A DNA stretch of 64,000 nt, from the NCBI GenBank assembly GCA_030704615.1, contig CM060734.1, forward strand, positions 55,614,001 to 55,678,000, given 5' to 3'. Source of the DNA: Takakia lepidozioides. Lineage: Eukaryota; Plantae; Bryophyta. The translations under genes were made by a program, and so were the position numbers. A model generated the notes under the pieces. The model did no database searches. It was given only the letters and a program-made list of their open reading frames with translations, and was not told the DNA's origin. Of the stretch, positions 12,826 to 25,150 are shown in pieces (position 1 is the stretch's first letter; every line of letters begins with the position of its first letter).

Positions 12826-13292
12826 ATTTCAAGCTGACCCCCACCCTCGGCCTGCATCCAGCTGCTCTGCCATCCTCACCCATCTATCTATGCCCGCTCC
12901 GCAATCCTGCTTGCCCCACATGAGAACCCAACAATTCGTACCCACCTTCTGTTCCTCCCCAAGCTCCCCATAGCTGCAAGGTTGAGGAACTCGATCAACA
13001 TATACGAGAATTTCTTGTCTTTCTCTCAAACCTCACCCAAAAATCACAGCAATGCAAGCGAACCGGAATGAAGAGTAAACTCAGCCAATCCGCAGGAGAT
13101 TTAAGCTTAATGTGAAGGAGATGGACGATAATAGCTCAGTCAACAACCGGATAAGGCTGGGCTTGAGCGGCCAATGAGCGTGCCGATAGCCTTTCCTATC
13201 CTTGTTTACTCTGCGCGCGGTTTGCTGCACGCAAAGCCCCCAGCGAGGTTGCTTGATGGTGTTGGTTGATGCTGGCGGGTGCTCAAAGATCC
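12826..13292. promoter_or_regulatory. Short divergent intergenic region, probable bidirectional promoter (mTERF / SEP5-like)
   Basis: Head-to-head genes <470 bp apart. CCAAT boxes at ~13085 and ~13171, and an I-box-like GGATAAG at ~13149. Confidence 0.55.
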
Positions 13293-13844
13293 ATGGCGAC
13301 TTGCACCCTCCCCTTCATCGCAACTACATCGTCTTTGCATTCGGGAAGCACACATCTTGCATTAGATGGCAAGAGTTTTGGGTTCCCTTTCCCGAAGCAG
13401 AGAGTGGGGTCAAGGATAAGGTGTGCAGCTGATGAGAGTGAGGAAGGTGACTTCGAGGCACGGCTGGCCAAGTTGCAAAAGAAAGTAACCGGTGGCAGCG
13501 GGATAAAGGCAGCGATTAGGAAAGCTAGAAAGGAGGGATTGGATCCGGCTTCTGTGTCCAGGAAGGAGTCGTCCATTTTCTTGCCACCAGCACCACTGGA
13601 GGAACCAGTGTCAGATGGTCTGCTCGTGGGCCTGGGGTTCAACTCGTATACTGAAAGACTGAATGGAAGATTTGCTGCCCTGGGCCTAGCAGCAGTTGTG
13701 TTGGTGGAGTTGGCCACAGGTGGAAGCTTCTTGAAGTACCATGACTCCGCCACTCTAAGCGTTCAGCTCTATGCGATGCTTGCTGCAGCGGCTCTCTTTG
13801 TAAAATATGAGAGGGAGAAGGTCAGTGTATGGCCCGAAAGCTGA
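13293..13844 (+). CDS. Two-helix light-harvesting-like (LIL/SEP) stress-enhanced protein, SEP5-like, chloroplast
   Basis: Transit-peptide-like N-terminus ending RIRCAA. LHC motif ERLNGRFAALGLAAVVLVELATG, a second hydrophobic helix, and C-terminal EKVSVWP; resembles At4g28025 from memory. Confidence 0.8.
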   Translation: MATCTLPFIATTSSLHSGSTHLALDGKSFGFPFPKQRVGSRIRCAADESEEGDFEARLAKLQKKVTGGSGIKAAIRKARKEGLDPASVSRKESSIFLPPAPLEEPVSDGLLVGLGFNSYTERLNGRFAALGLAAVVLVELATGGSFLKYHDSATLSVQLYAMLAAAALFVKYEREKVSVWPES

Positions 13845-16741
13845 GGGGACAGCGTCCAGAAGACCTGCCCCTGGTCGAATTTTGTTGAAGTCCAGTCTAG
13901 ATGCCCACTAGTGCATTGAGCTGTATACAAAGTGCATTGGATGCCGTGCATAAAATGTGTGAGTTGTCCAAAGCTTCAAGATTTCCTTTTTTCCAAAGCT
14001 TCAGTTGAAGTGACACAACAAGTATCAATTATGATGGTGTGACTCAACTCAACCATTTTTCCCGTGCGCAATTCCTGCTCGATTGGTACGAACTTAAACG
14101 GGATTGCTCGAGATAAGCCATTCCTCGTCCAATTGTTCTTGGATCTGGCCAACCTCCCTCAGGATGAATATGGTGGAGGCGCTTGGATTGCATCGGTTGC
14201 TCATGAGTGACTGTATTGGGCCAGCACTGCTGTCTAAGCAAATATCAGAGGTCCTCTCTCTCTCTCTCTCTGCAGACAGAAAAATCGGTCTGTCTATCTG
14301 CTTGTTCGGACCTGACTTAGACCACAATGTATCATTTCTGTGCCACAATGTTCTTGAAATGACAGATCTTTATGGTGAAGGGTCCAATCTTAATATGAGA
14401 TTGAGATTGTAACAACCGCTTATTGTTACAATTCTCAACTCAGACATTGAACCCGTGCGTTTGCATGTGTTTCATCAGACCGGTTGGAAAGGGGAAGGGT
14501 GGTTGCATATTAACACGAGATTGCTGATGCTACAGATGAGACATTTGTGTGCTTGTTTTACAAGGCATTTCAAAGGCTGTATCAAAGAGTTGAGAAATTT
14601 CTCATGATATTTGGGATGCTTCACACATATACACACCACATTGTGCACTTTTGTGTTCAGAAACCTTCCTATTGCTGAGCCATGGTAACAGGAGCTCAGG
14701 CAGGGAAGGTGCACACGCCAATCGACATTCACATGTCCCAATCTGCTTTCAAGACAAATACCGTGCAAGGCATGGTACTCTTCTCTCCTTCCTGCTACAA
14801 CCTTCCACTCGGGGCAAATGAGCACAACTCATAACTTCTGTCTGTTCCTTTTGACGTGGGTCCCTATGGACCCACAAGCCCAACAATTTAAGAGATTCTT
14901 AATCTTCCTGAGATCTTACAAAGGCTCAGCTTTCCGTAGCTGGTGCAGGAGAGATCTTCACAAAAGTGCTCTTCTTGCTCTCCTCCTCCATCTCACTGAT
15001 GTAGGTGTAGGTATGCCCAATATGTTTGTTACCTTATGAGATGTGTTTTGGTGAAGGCAACAGGAGTGATAGATGAGCTGTATCCAAACATGTTTACAAC
15101 TTTCAAGGATCAGGCTGGTGTCTTAACTCATCAGTCTGACCAGAAATGTTCTATAATTTGTTACAGATAATTTCTCTTTGCTCTCTTCAAGTGACCCGTC
15201 AGTTGGCAGTCACAGCAGCGTTCATGTCATTGGGCAGTGACATCTTTGTGACAAACAGCTCAGCGTCCCAAATTTCTCTTTTGCAGCCTCCCCTAAGCAT
15301 ACCCTACTCTTTGGTGGTGAGTGTTAACGAACATACGGTATGAGTCAGAGTGAAACTAAGTTTATACTACAGGAGAAAAACAGAAGACTGTGAAAAAGAA
15401 GAAGTTTTGATTCCTTCAATGCAACATATATGTTTTGGCTATGTATGCAGAATGTGCATGTATGTTAGTTGCAGGATACTAAATACTTACAGGATATCCA
15501 TTACATTGCACATGAATCAAGCAAGTAAAGCTCAGGGTACCTCCTCAGCTGTGGCATAAAATGGAGCAACATAGGGGCTGCATATTTGATTCCGCTTCTG
15601 CGCTGGCATCTTTTGGCAAGGTCCTCGGTGTGCACAATCCCTCTTTGAACTCAACTTTTCTAGGCTTGAATTCAGATATAGTGGATAATACCACCACATG
15701 CTTTGAACCCTAGTAGTTGTAGACAGCTCTGGGTGGAGAGTTCGTGATACTAGGCTTTCCCGTGCCTGCGCTGGCAGCTCCTTGTGGACTGCAACCAGCA
15801 CTGGAAATGAAATGTGTCTGCAACATGAGCAGCCCCTTTTCCATCCCTTGATACTGTTGAAGACCGACCAAGAAAGGAGGAATCACAAGAGCGGCGCATC
15901 CAGCAAGCACTCTGCCATCTCCCTCCCCGTTTTCTCGTACCTGGAAGGATTTTCCAAGCATTTTTAGGGTTTCTATGTGCAGACTGCAGACCACAAAATA
16001 GAAAGCACGGCTGGAGACAGTAAAAGGGAAGTGGATGGCCAGCAAAGAAGGTTCAAGTACCAGAATAGCAAAAGCAAGAACCAGGCTTTCTTTTGTAGCA
16101 AGGAAACGATACCAATAATAGTCGGGCTCATGGGTATGAATTCTCAGAGGCTCAAGCCTGACTCTTTCTTCCCCTTCTCAAGTATTTCAGGAAAATTTCT
16201 GCTTACACTCCTTTCTTTCGGAAATTCGTAACGCAGGGCAAGGAACACGTGCAGTTCTTCACTGGGTCATACCTTACCCTACAAGTCTCTTGTCCCAAGC
16301 TCCGTGTTACGATCACAAGAACACATTCGAGAGGTTTTGTGGGTGGGCAATATGGAGGAGGAGATTTGGAGCAGGCTCCCTTTGGAGTTAGTGATGGTAG
16401 TGTTGGCTTGTTTGCCATGTCCAAGTCTCGTTCGCTTGAAGTCGGTTTGCAAGTTGTGGAACTCCCTCCCATCGACTACTTGTTTCCAACAACTCTGTCA
16501 GCACCTCCCTCTTCACCAACACTCCAATCTCTTGTTTTCAGACAGATGCCGCTGCCAAGATGGATACTGCCAAGATGTTTCCATGTTGTAGCCCCCACAA
16601 CTCGGCGGTGGCACAAGATGGGCCCCAAACTCCCCAAGGATAATTTAGTATACGGAGTTCGTGCTGCAGATGGAGGCTTATTTTGCAGATTAATGGACGG
16701 CGACTTATTGATTGTGTTGATTGTGTTGAATCCTCTGTTGA

Positions 16742-19700
16742 CGTAGCCTGCAGATGCCCTCTGAATAGTGTAATCTCCCGAACAGTCTAGGTTTTGCAAC
16801 AGAAAAACTAAGCTTGTGGAGAGCGCCCAGACATCCAACTACAGACATTTCCATGAACTGTAAAAGAAAGCACTGTAGTGTCACAGTGCATGGAGCAGCA
16901 ATCCAGAGCATGTGAGCTTAAAACTAAACCTGCTCCTCCTCAGAGCGCCAGACTGGGAGAAACGAGACCACGCCTTTGAAGGCAGACAAGCGTGGACACG
17001 AGAAGTACAATGAGCGGCGTCGCCGCCAGACCTCGGCGAGGCCTGCAGCGCCGCCAACTTAGTGGAGGTGTTGGCAGTAGCGACAGCGGTAGCAGCGCTA
17101 AGCGAGCAAGCGGCCACTGTGCAACAGTGGGCCCCACGCCGGTCAGGCGGCCTCGATCGGCTCGTCCCCCAGTTCGTTCAGCCCCGACGCCGTACAGGCA
17201 GCCAACTCCAGCCCTCACCACAACCCCTTTACTGTCTACTCCACCATCCTTGGCAGTTCGCTCCCCAGAGCAACGAGAGGTGTTGAACACAGCCGCAACT
17301 GCTCCTACTAGAAGACCTGCTCCTCTTGGAAGACCCCAATGCCAACGTACCCCTACCCCTAGCTCACATGTTCCTGATGCACACCAGAGTCCAAGCTCCA
17401 GACACCAAGTTCAAGAAGAGTCGTCATCTTCACAACGGTCTTCTCCACCGCTGATTCCAGGTTCTTCCATTGGCGCCCCACCGACCGAAGAACTCCCACA
17501 GTGTCTGTTGAGCCCTCCCCCACTGCGCCTCTCAAGTAGGGTTCGTGGTCCCACGCCAGTCACTTATCCTCCGGGTTCTCCATCCCATTCTCGGCAGCGG
17601 CTTCAAGGCAGCCCAACTCCTCTTGGTCATGAGCCTCTCCACGTGCCTTCTTCTCCAGTTGTGCAGCCTGCATTGCCGACCCCATCACTCTTACCCCAAC
17701 AGCAGGCGCCTCTCCCATCAGACCGTACCCCATGCCCAACTTGCGGTCGTCTTTTTGCGCGCATCAGAGGGCTTGCGCGACACCAGCGCACGTGTACGGC
17801 TCTTCATCAGTCCCACACAAATGGTACTTCTCCATTTTAGCCCAGTGTCTTGCACGCGCCACCTCCTGCCTCTGCTTGGTATTGGCTTTCAGCGCTAGAT
17901 GTTCTGGGCGCATTTCAGCTAGGACTGCCAAGACCTCGTCTTTATACAAGAATTCCGGTGGCACTACGTCATGAGGTCCAACTGGCACTCCGTCTACCCT
18001 TAGACAGGCTGGCTCGTGATCCTGATGATATACCCGCATGGTATCTTTTCTTGTTATTTCCTCAGTGGTGTTTGGTTTTGCCCCCTCGTGGCGGTCAGTC
18101 AGGGCACAGAGAGACGCGCATCCGTCTTCGCCGTTTTTTTATCTGGAGATTGGGAGAGTCTGCAAGATGAGTCGCAAATGTGCGGTGTGGTCTCCGTCCG
18201 GTCTCCCTGCAGATTTTGTCCTCCCTGCTCACTTCATTGCTCCGCCCAATGGCATCAGAATCCTAGGAGTCCCTTTTGGCACCACCCAGTTCACAACGTC
18301 CTTCTTGGAAGATGCACTCCACCAGGATGCCACCCACGCCGATCTCCTTCCTAGGCTCGGAGATGTACAGGTAGCATATGAAATCTTGACCAAATGTTTC
18401 CTTCAGCGTCCCTCATATCTCTTGCGCACTGTTCCACCCAGCCCAGATTTCCTACACCTCTTATCTAGGTTTGATACTACCATGATACTATCTTCGGGAG
18501 ATTGTTAGGACCAGGAGCTCTGGAGGGTGCTCAGGGACTTTTGCCACGACAGCAAGCCACCTTGCCCGTCTCTTTCGGTGGTGTGGGTCTTTTGTCCACT
18601 GTCACTACCGCCCCGTCAGCTTTCCTTGGCAGTTGGGCATTGGTGGCGCCAGCCCTCGCTTCACGATTTCTCTGTGACCATCGTCCCATCCTTATGGACG
18701 TCGTTGCACATGTCGACAGTGACATTTTATCCTTCCAGCAACATCTCCGCTCTGCACGAGATCTTCTTCCGGCATCGGCGCGAGCATGTCTACCACCATT
18801 TGAGCAGTTGGTTGCTCAAGGCCACGACCATCTTTAGGAGTCCATTTCCGAGCGCGTGCACCGTCATTCCTTTTCCGGCATGCTCTCAAGTGCTTCTTCT
18901 GAGTTGCATCGAGCCTGACTTCTATCATGCGCAGGACCCGGAGCAGGGGCATGGTTGACAGCACGACCCACTATCGCACATTTTCGCCTCTCATCCCCTA
19001 TTTTCACTACTGCGTTCCGCCTTCGACTCGGTTTGCCTCATCCTTCGACATTGGGCCTTCAGCGCTGCATCTGTCTTCAGCCCATCGATGACCTTGCCAT
19101 CCATCTCCTCTGCTGTCCATGTGGTGGTGAGCGCACTGCGTCTCATGATATGGTTCGCGATGCGGTGACATTTATTGCTCGGGAGGCAGGGTATCATGTA
19201 CTGCGTGAGTAACCACATCTACGACCCACACTCACGTCCCACTCTACACGCCGCCGTGTTGACATCGTCCTATCTAGAGATGGTTTGCGTACCTTAGCAG
19301 ATGTCGTTCTCGCCGACCCCACTCGAGCGGATCTGCTATCTCGCGCAGCTACCACACCAGGCACGGCAGCCACTGTAGCAGCCCAGGCCAAGGAGCGCGA
19401 CTACAACGATCGTCACCCCACCGACACATTTCTTCCACTGGCGGTCGAAATATTTGGCTCATTGCACCGGCACTTCGACGATTTCCTGCGGACATGTGCA
19501 CATCATGCAGCCAAGAGCGGGTCCACTGGCATCCCACATACCTCCGTCCTTGTCGCCTACTATCAACAACGTGTTTCAGTTGCTTTGCAGAGAACACAAG
19601 CCATCTCTATTTTGCATCGAGCTTATGTGGCTAGCTCCGCGTCATCTCGTCTTCCGCCTCTGCCTGACACTTTGCCTATCTCCTTGCCTGATCTCCTCCA

Positions 19701-19931
19701 AGCTGTTGGCTGGGAGGGTCGCTCTGCTTGAGTCGTTTACTATAGCTTCTGTTTTCGTCGCTGATTGAGTAGCTTACTATAGCTTTTGTTTTTTTCTCTA
19801 GCTGAGTAGCTTACAATAGCTTTTTGTTTTCTTCTCTTGTTTCTTGTTCCTCCCCCCGCTTTTTGGGAACTTCACATCATATGCACGTTCACCCATTGTA
19901 CATGTTGTAAATAAAGTCTTACAGGGTTTCA
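16742..19931 (+). mobile_element. Non-LTR retrotransposon with restriction-like endonuclease (CRE/R2-superclade-like); RT core deleted
   Basis: TSD TCTGTTGA at 16734-16741 and 19932-19939. Contains a zinc finger (CPTCGRLFARIRGLARHQRTC), the RT end (KCAVWSP...GIRILGVPFG) and the thumb (ATLPVSFGGVGL). Also a CCHC motif (CICLQPIDDLAIHLLCC...HDMVRD) and RLE motifs (RRRVDIV...LADV...AKERDY...FLPLAVEIFG). Several stops and frameshifts. Confidence 0.88.
19730..19835 (+). repeat. Three ~37-bp tandem repeats in the 3' UTR of the RLE element
   Basis: GAGT(C/A)G(T/C)TTAC(T/A)ATAGCTT..TGTTTT occurs three times. Confidence 0.75.
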
Positions 19932-21984
19932 TCTGTTGAACACTTCTAGACAATTGCCTGCCCTGCCTCACGACAATTCAACATATTTTTACGTGGAAGA
20001 AGTAAGTATGATTGTGGATAGATGCAGCAACACCTACAAGGTCCTTGTGATGTCAACCGACTACTACCTAGTAGGTGTGTGGACTACAGTTGCTGCACGG
20101 ATGCTTGACTTTGGTGGACATGCTCTCTATGTTCGACTTGTAGAGAGTGAGGGGCGCCTCGTGCTGCTTGGGCCGCCTCGCTATCAAAATCAGCCCTCAC
20201 CAACAGTCTGTGTGTGGGAGTTGAAAGTTTCTACAACGAGTGCAGAGTGGCTGGAGATTGCAAAAACTGAGATTGCAGGAACTAGTTTCGTCATGATTTT
20301 CACTTTCAAGTGGTGAGCCATGACAATCTCTTATTCATGTGGACCAGACCCAATAAAGTACTTGTGATGTATGACATGAAGCAACACACATGGACATCCA
20401 CTGGATTTCCAGGTGATTTCCGAACGAGGCCCAGCTACACGCAAATTTTTGGTTTGGTTGGCGGTCTTAGTTTTGGTGCAAAAGTCTAGACAAGCTTTTC
20501 TTTTGTTTTAGAACATGTTCCAATTGCATCGGAGTGCAAGAAACCGGGAGACTTGTATGGCTTCTTTTTTCCCTTGCCTTGTTGGGCTGCCATGAGCCAT
20601 GTGCTTGGTGCAGAAAGAGATTAGTTTCTCAAAAGTCGTGGTGGGGCAAGATTAGAATATGCAGCCTGCATATTGATGTGATGAAGTTGGTTGTCCCTTA
20701 TGTGCTCATAACTCTTGAAAGCCTCCTAACCAGTACCGAACATTAGTATACTGGCATCATACTGGCATCATTGTACTCTGAAACTACATCTCGTTTAGTC
20801 ATTTTGTCCAACACTTCTTGCACACTTCCATAAGGTCTTATTAGCTATTCACCAAGGAGCTTTGAACCATGGAGATACTATGTGTAGTACCCTTGCCATC
20901 TCTACTGAAGGAAGGACAAAGGACATGTGGAACAACAACAAAAATGCTTGAATGCAGCATAAATTGAGTGGAGCCGTAGCGATGAGCTGGTTTTCCTCTT
21001 AGCCCATGTGTGTGCTTGTACCTGAAAGGAAACTACATCAAGGCACCGTGCATTAGGTCAGCTTATTGAACACAACGAAAGGTTTAGATGAGGTTGGTTT
21101 TCTATGATCAGCATGGAGCTTGGTACACAAGTCTGAGAATGTACAGTGACAGTTGATGTAGGCTTGAACATAATTTTCAGCACAATCGGTTCCTGTTAGA
21201 TATGCCTCCCTACAATTCCGACAACAAACCATAAAGCCAAGAATTTTCAGCAAAGTGAAGGACAGATACCTTCTCTTGCCCTGCCACAGGGTTCAACAAC
21301 TAGTCATGCACTCAAGCCATTGGAGTGGACACGCCCGTGATGGAGGTGCATGCTTTCCATGAAAAGGCTTACAAAAGTGTTTGGATGTTACTTCAGCCCT
21401 ACAAATCACCCTCTTCCTTTTCTCTCCAAAATGGGCCTGGGGTCTGCCACCAGACTGAGAAAAGCAGGATCACTAGAACCAGGGGAACCAGGACAGTAGC
21501 AGTGGTGGAGGTTATGATAATGAAGGCACAGAAGACATCCTGAACACAACTGGCATGAACAATCATGCCATTCAAGCGAAGGAGATAAACGCTAGTTTTT
21601 TGCGCAGTTTGATGTACCAATGAATACCTCCAGATCTCCTAACCACATCGAATCGAGTACCAGAAGATTGCTGGATATAGTCTAGTTGAACTTGGTAGGG
21701 ATGCTGGATGTACTCCATTAAACATCTCCATGTTTCTTCGATCAAACTACCAAACTATCACCATTTGAACCAACTACGAAGAAAAGCTCTCTTCTCTCCA
21801 CTCATTTAGAGTTACGCTAGCAGTAGATTGCCGATGTCCACTGCCCCTCTTTGCCCCTCTTTGTTCCTATTCCTTCAGGCAGCTGTATGTCATGGATGCT
21901 GGCCTATGTACATGAAAAATGGTCCTTGTCTTCACTTAGAAATTGCTCACTGTCTCAGCCTCCTTTTGGGGCAGTTAGGGATTG

Positions 21985-22080
21985 CTAAGGCTGACCATAA
22001 TCCACTTCATGAATATGATTTTGAAGTAGTACATAAGCCTGGAAGACTACACATCACAGCAGATCACCTGTCAAGAATTA
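21985..22080 (+). mobile_element. Ty3/Gypsy pol fragment (RNase H C-terminus)
   Basis: Translates DHNPL..EYDFEVVHKPGRLHITADHLSR, the typical Gypsy RNase H end motif. Confidence 0.75.
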
Positions 22081-22293
22081 CCACATCCTTTGCATTTATA
22101 ATGATTTGGAGGTCCATCGTATGCGACAGGTTGCTCAAGGAAGCCTTCGCCTGTGCACAAGGATACAAAGGAATATCCACAAAGCCAGGACGATTATGCG
22201 AAAAGAAGTTTGAAGTCTTTCGAGAATGCGCAGTCTTTCCTGCACTTCGTGAAACAGTTGTGCACAACTGTGAACCTTCAATGAAACTTTGAT

Positions 22294-22352
22294 GTGTTTG
22301 TGGAGGCTTTGAATCCTGCCTTTCTTCCTCCTGGATGGGATATCTCTCACAG
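22294..22352 (+). pseudogene. Isolated exon fragment, RRP6L3-like exonuclease C-terminus
   Basis: VFVEALNPAFLPPGWDISH followed by a GT donor. It continues the motif found on the opposite strand at 24745-24840. Confidence 0.6.
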
Positions 22353-23781
22353 GTTCACGATATTCTGTACTCTTCAGATCTGTGTTCTAGGGTCTAACTT
22401 GATTTGCCATGTGACTTGTGGCCAGTTTATCTTTGAGTGTTGGTTATTTTCCGGATGTTCGATGCATTGTATCTCATTTATACTCTGGCCAGCCAAGCTG
22501 ATGAGGGTGGGCAGGACAAAAGCCACACTTACGTTGACCTCCAGCCACATTCCAGCCATATGACATTTATCTGACTAGCTAATATAGAGAAAGAGTGTAG
22601 TTGTTTTGATAGTAGGATGTTGCAGCTTATTGGGTTGCGCAAATTGTTTACAGTGGACGGCCCGAATTTGGTGATTACAAAGCGGAGTCTGAAGGAATGA
22701 AGATAGTTTTGCACACTGGCATCAGATGGTTTTTGAACCTGCCAGCATTGCTCCAAGACTAGCATCAGAAGACAACCGAAAACTGGAGCTCAAGTTTGCT
22801 TGGTATGGCTGGGCATGTCTTGCCTGCTCCACAGAAGCCGCTAAGTTATGTATGATTGGTTTGAGCACCCTTTGCTAGAAAGATAGTGCATGAACATACC
22901 AACATGCGGGGAAGCTGGTTGATATTCATCACAATGACTGTAGCTGATTCCTATTGATGTGTGAATTTCCTCTGATTGTCATGTAGAGTTTCCTATTGCC
23001 TTCACATGTTTCACTGGGTTAGAACATCACAGTCAGTAATTGTCAAGGTGTGTGCTATTGACTGACTCTCTAAATGGCTTCTGATTTAACCTGAATGCTC
23101 TTTGGTTTAAAAGGACCTCCAAGTTTTGAGCTTTAGTGCAATTTGTGACCTGGGGTTTCTTGCCCAGCTCTCCCTTGCTATCTAAGGAATTGTAGTATGG
23201 TTTCATCATATATTGGCATCATCTGTTTTCGACATTGATTGAGCACAGCAACTGCCCAAGAGCAAGACATAGCACCGTGGAACTCCTTGGGAACCAGGGC
23301 CAGAAGGTTCCAATCCATTTTTTAATAGATTGGTCAAGATATCAAGTGGTTGATGGTGTAGACTCGCCTGAAATTTGACAAGGAACTGCCCCGGTTCTGC
23401 TTGCGGCACAGTCATTATGTGTGGGCTTCTTACGGTGCAACTTATAAGGTCAAATACTCTTCTTAGTTGGAAATGTGGGTACTTGTTGTGATCGTCCATT
23501 CCAGTAGGTTTCTATATGGGTCGATTGTAACATACAAGGCTGACAACCTTAAGTACTGTCAGCTTCAAACTGTCAATAGATCTTATCTTGCAGCCAATCA
23601 GCTTTTCAGTACAAGTGGAGAGGGAGAACATATATTTGCTGGTTTGGGGATTATCTTCTACACTCTCTCATTGTTATAAGGCCTCCTGCTAACTTGAACT
23701 CGCTCTCCTATCAGTGAAGCTGGAACCAGAATCTAAGAATAAAGGAATAGTGTGTCCACATTTTCGTACTTGATGCCAGCT

Positions 23782-24032
23782 GAGATTTCTCAGTACAACC
23801 ACCAGGGGTGGGTCTGCTGCAGATTTGTGCTAAGTCGAGTGCTCAAGTTGAGACAACCTCACCATAAATTATAATATAAATCAAAACAACCTCCTCATTT
23901 TTGGGTCACAGATCTAGCCCTCTCAGTGTTGTTGCTGAATTCCTGGACATGCTAGACATCACCCTGTGGATTGCAGTGGACCAGCTAGCTTTTGTCGAAG
24001 ACAACAAGGCTGCACCTTAATTGGCTGTACAT
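23782..24032 (-). repeat. Dispersed repeat A, copy 2
   Basis: Reverse complement of 9645-9882 with few substitutions and one small indel. Confidence 0.9.
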
Positions 24033-24744
24033 ACCACGAGGTGATAGAAGTTTTGTTACACAAACTGACGATTTTGTTTGAATGAGTTATGATCACTCTG
24101 TAGATTGTACCTACGGAACCTCCGAGGGCCATTATAGATGCTCAACTAGGCAAGTAGTTTCATCAAGCATTCACGAGAAGGTAGTGGAGCATTTTAACAG
24201 CCTTCACAATGTTGGATGCTTTCATAAGGATGATCGAATGTAGGAACTGGATTGGTGGGAGCTTCAGCTTAATTGCGGGGATGTAATAAGGGAGCTGCAG
24301 ATAAGGGTGGATGAAGCTACTTGCACAATGGTTGCTTCCTGCTTCAGACCTTTCGATGCGGGCTGCCATTGCCTCATCCTCTGTTGGTAGTTGGACAGAT
24401 ATCTTACCAAGAAGTTGCAAATATCTTTCCTGTCGACAGTATCCCTACCACTGGCTGCATTCAAGACCAAGGACATGGGTGTTTGACCAGTGCCGCTCTC
24501 CTGCACTCGGTCTAAATTGATGCTGTGTTTTGTGTGATTTTGATGCACTCTTCCTTTCTAGATGAATTGCCAACTTTTGCATATCCATTCTCTTCATTCA
24601 ACTGTGTGGGGCCCGGGGGCTGCAACTTAGTGGATAAAGGGGAGACAAATGGAGGAAGTAAGAACAGGTACCGTGAATCTCACATTCCAGGATATGGAAT
24701 CCATCCCAAGGTTTCTGTTCTGTCCATAGGTTAAAACATCTGTA

Positions 24745-25150
24745 CTGGCAGAAATGTCGAATACCATCATCACCATCCTTAGACATCAGCATCTCAACTA
24801 CCTGCCCTCCATGGGGCCCATGTCCTAATAAGGATTGCTTGTGTGTGGCTCTATGAGTAACCCTCTACCGTAGTATCTTTGGCACACCTGGGCTCCTCTG
24901 CTTCTTCATCTTCTCCTTGCTGACCTTCTAAATCTCTGTGCCGGCAGTGCTAAGAAGGCTTCACTGCCTCTTAGCCCTTCAGTCTTCTTCCTCACCTGAT
25001 TTTGCACTAGCATTCACCAGTTTCAACTCCCAGAGTCCACCACTCTCCTGGCAAAGAGAGGGACCCCAGACTCATCGCAATCTGACGCTTGTGTTGCTCA
25101 GCAGCACGATGTGCAATTTCATGGCAATCCACACAAAGAAGCACAATGTA
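24745..25150 (-). pseudogene. Degraded RRP6L3-like 3'-5' exonuclease fragments
   Basis: Minus-strand IVLLCVDCHEIAHRAAEQHKRQIA..SGVPLFARRVVDS (~25035-25147) and KQSLLGHGPHGGQVVEMLMSKDGDDGIRHFCQ (~24745-24842). Both match motifs recalled from plant RRP6-like 3. Stops and frameshifts lie between them. Confidence 0.65.

Larger units (their letters stand above)
16352..20489 (+). pseudogene. F-box (kelch/FBA-type) gene, frameshifted and split by a retrotransposon
   Basis: F-box MEEEIWSRLPLELVMVVLACLPCPSLVRLKSVCKLWNSL, then a frameshift, then AADGGLFC...IVLNPLL up to 16741. It resumes at 19940 as NTSRQLP...YKVLV...LVESEGRLVL...VWEL...WLEI...MYDMKQHTW, ending at TAG 20489. Confidence 0.85.
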
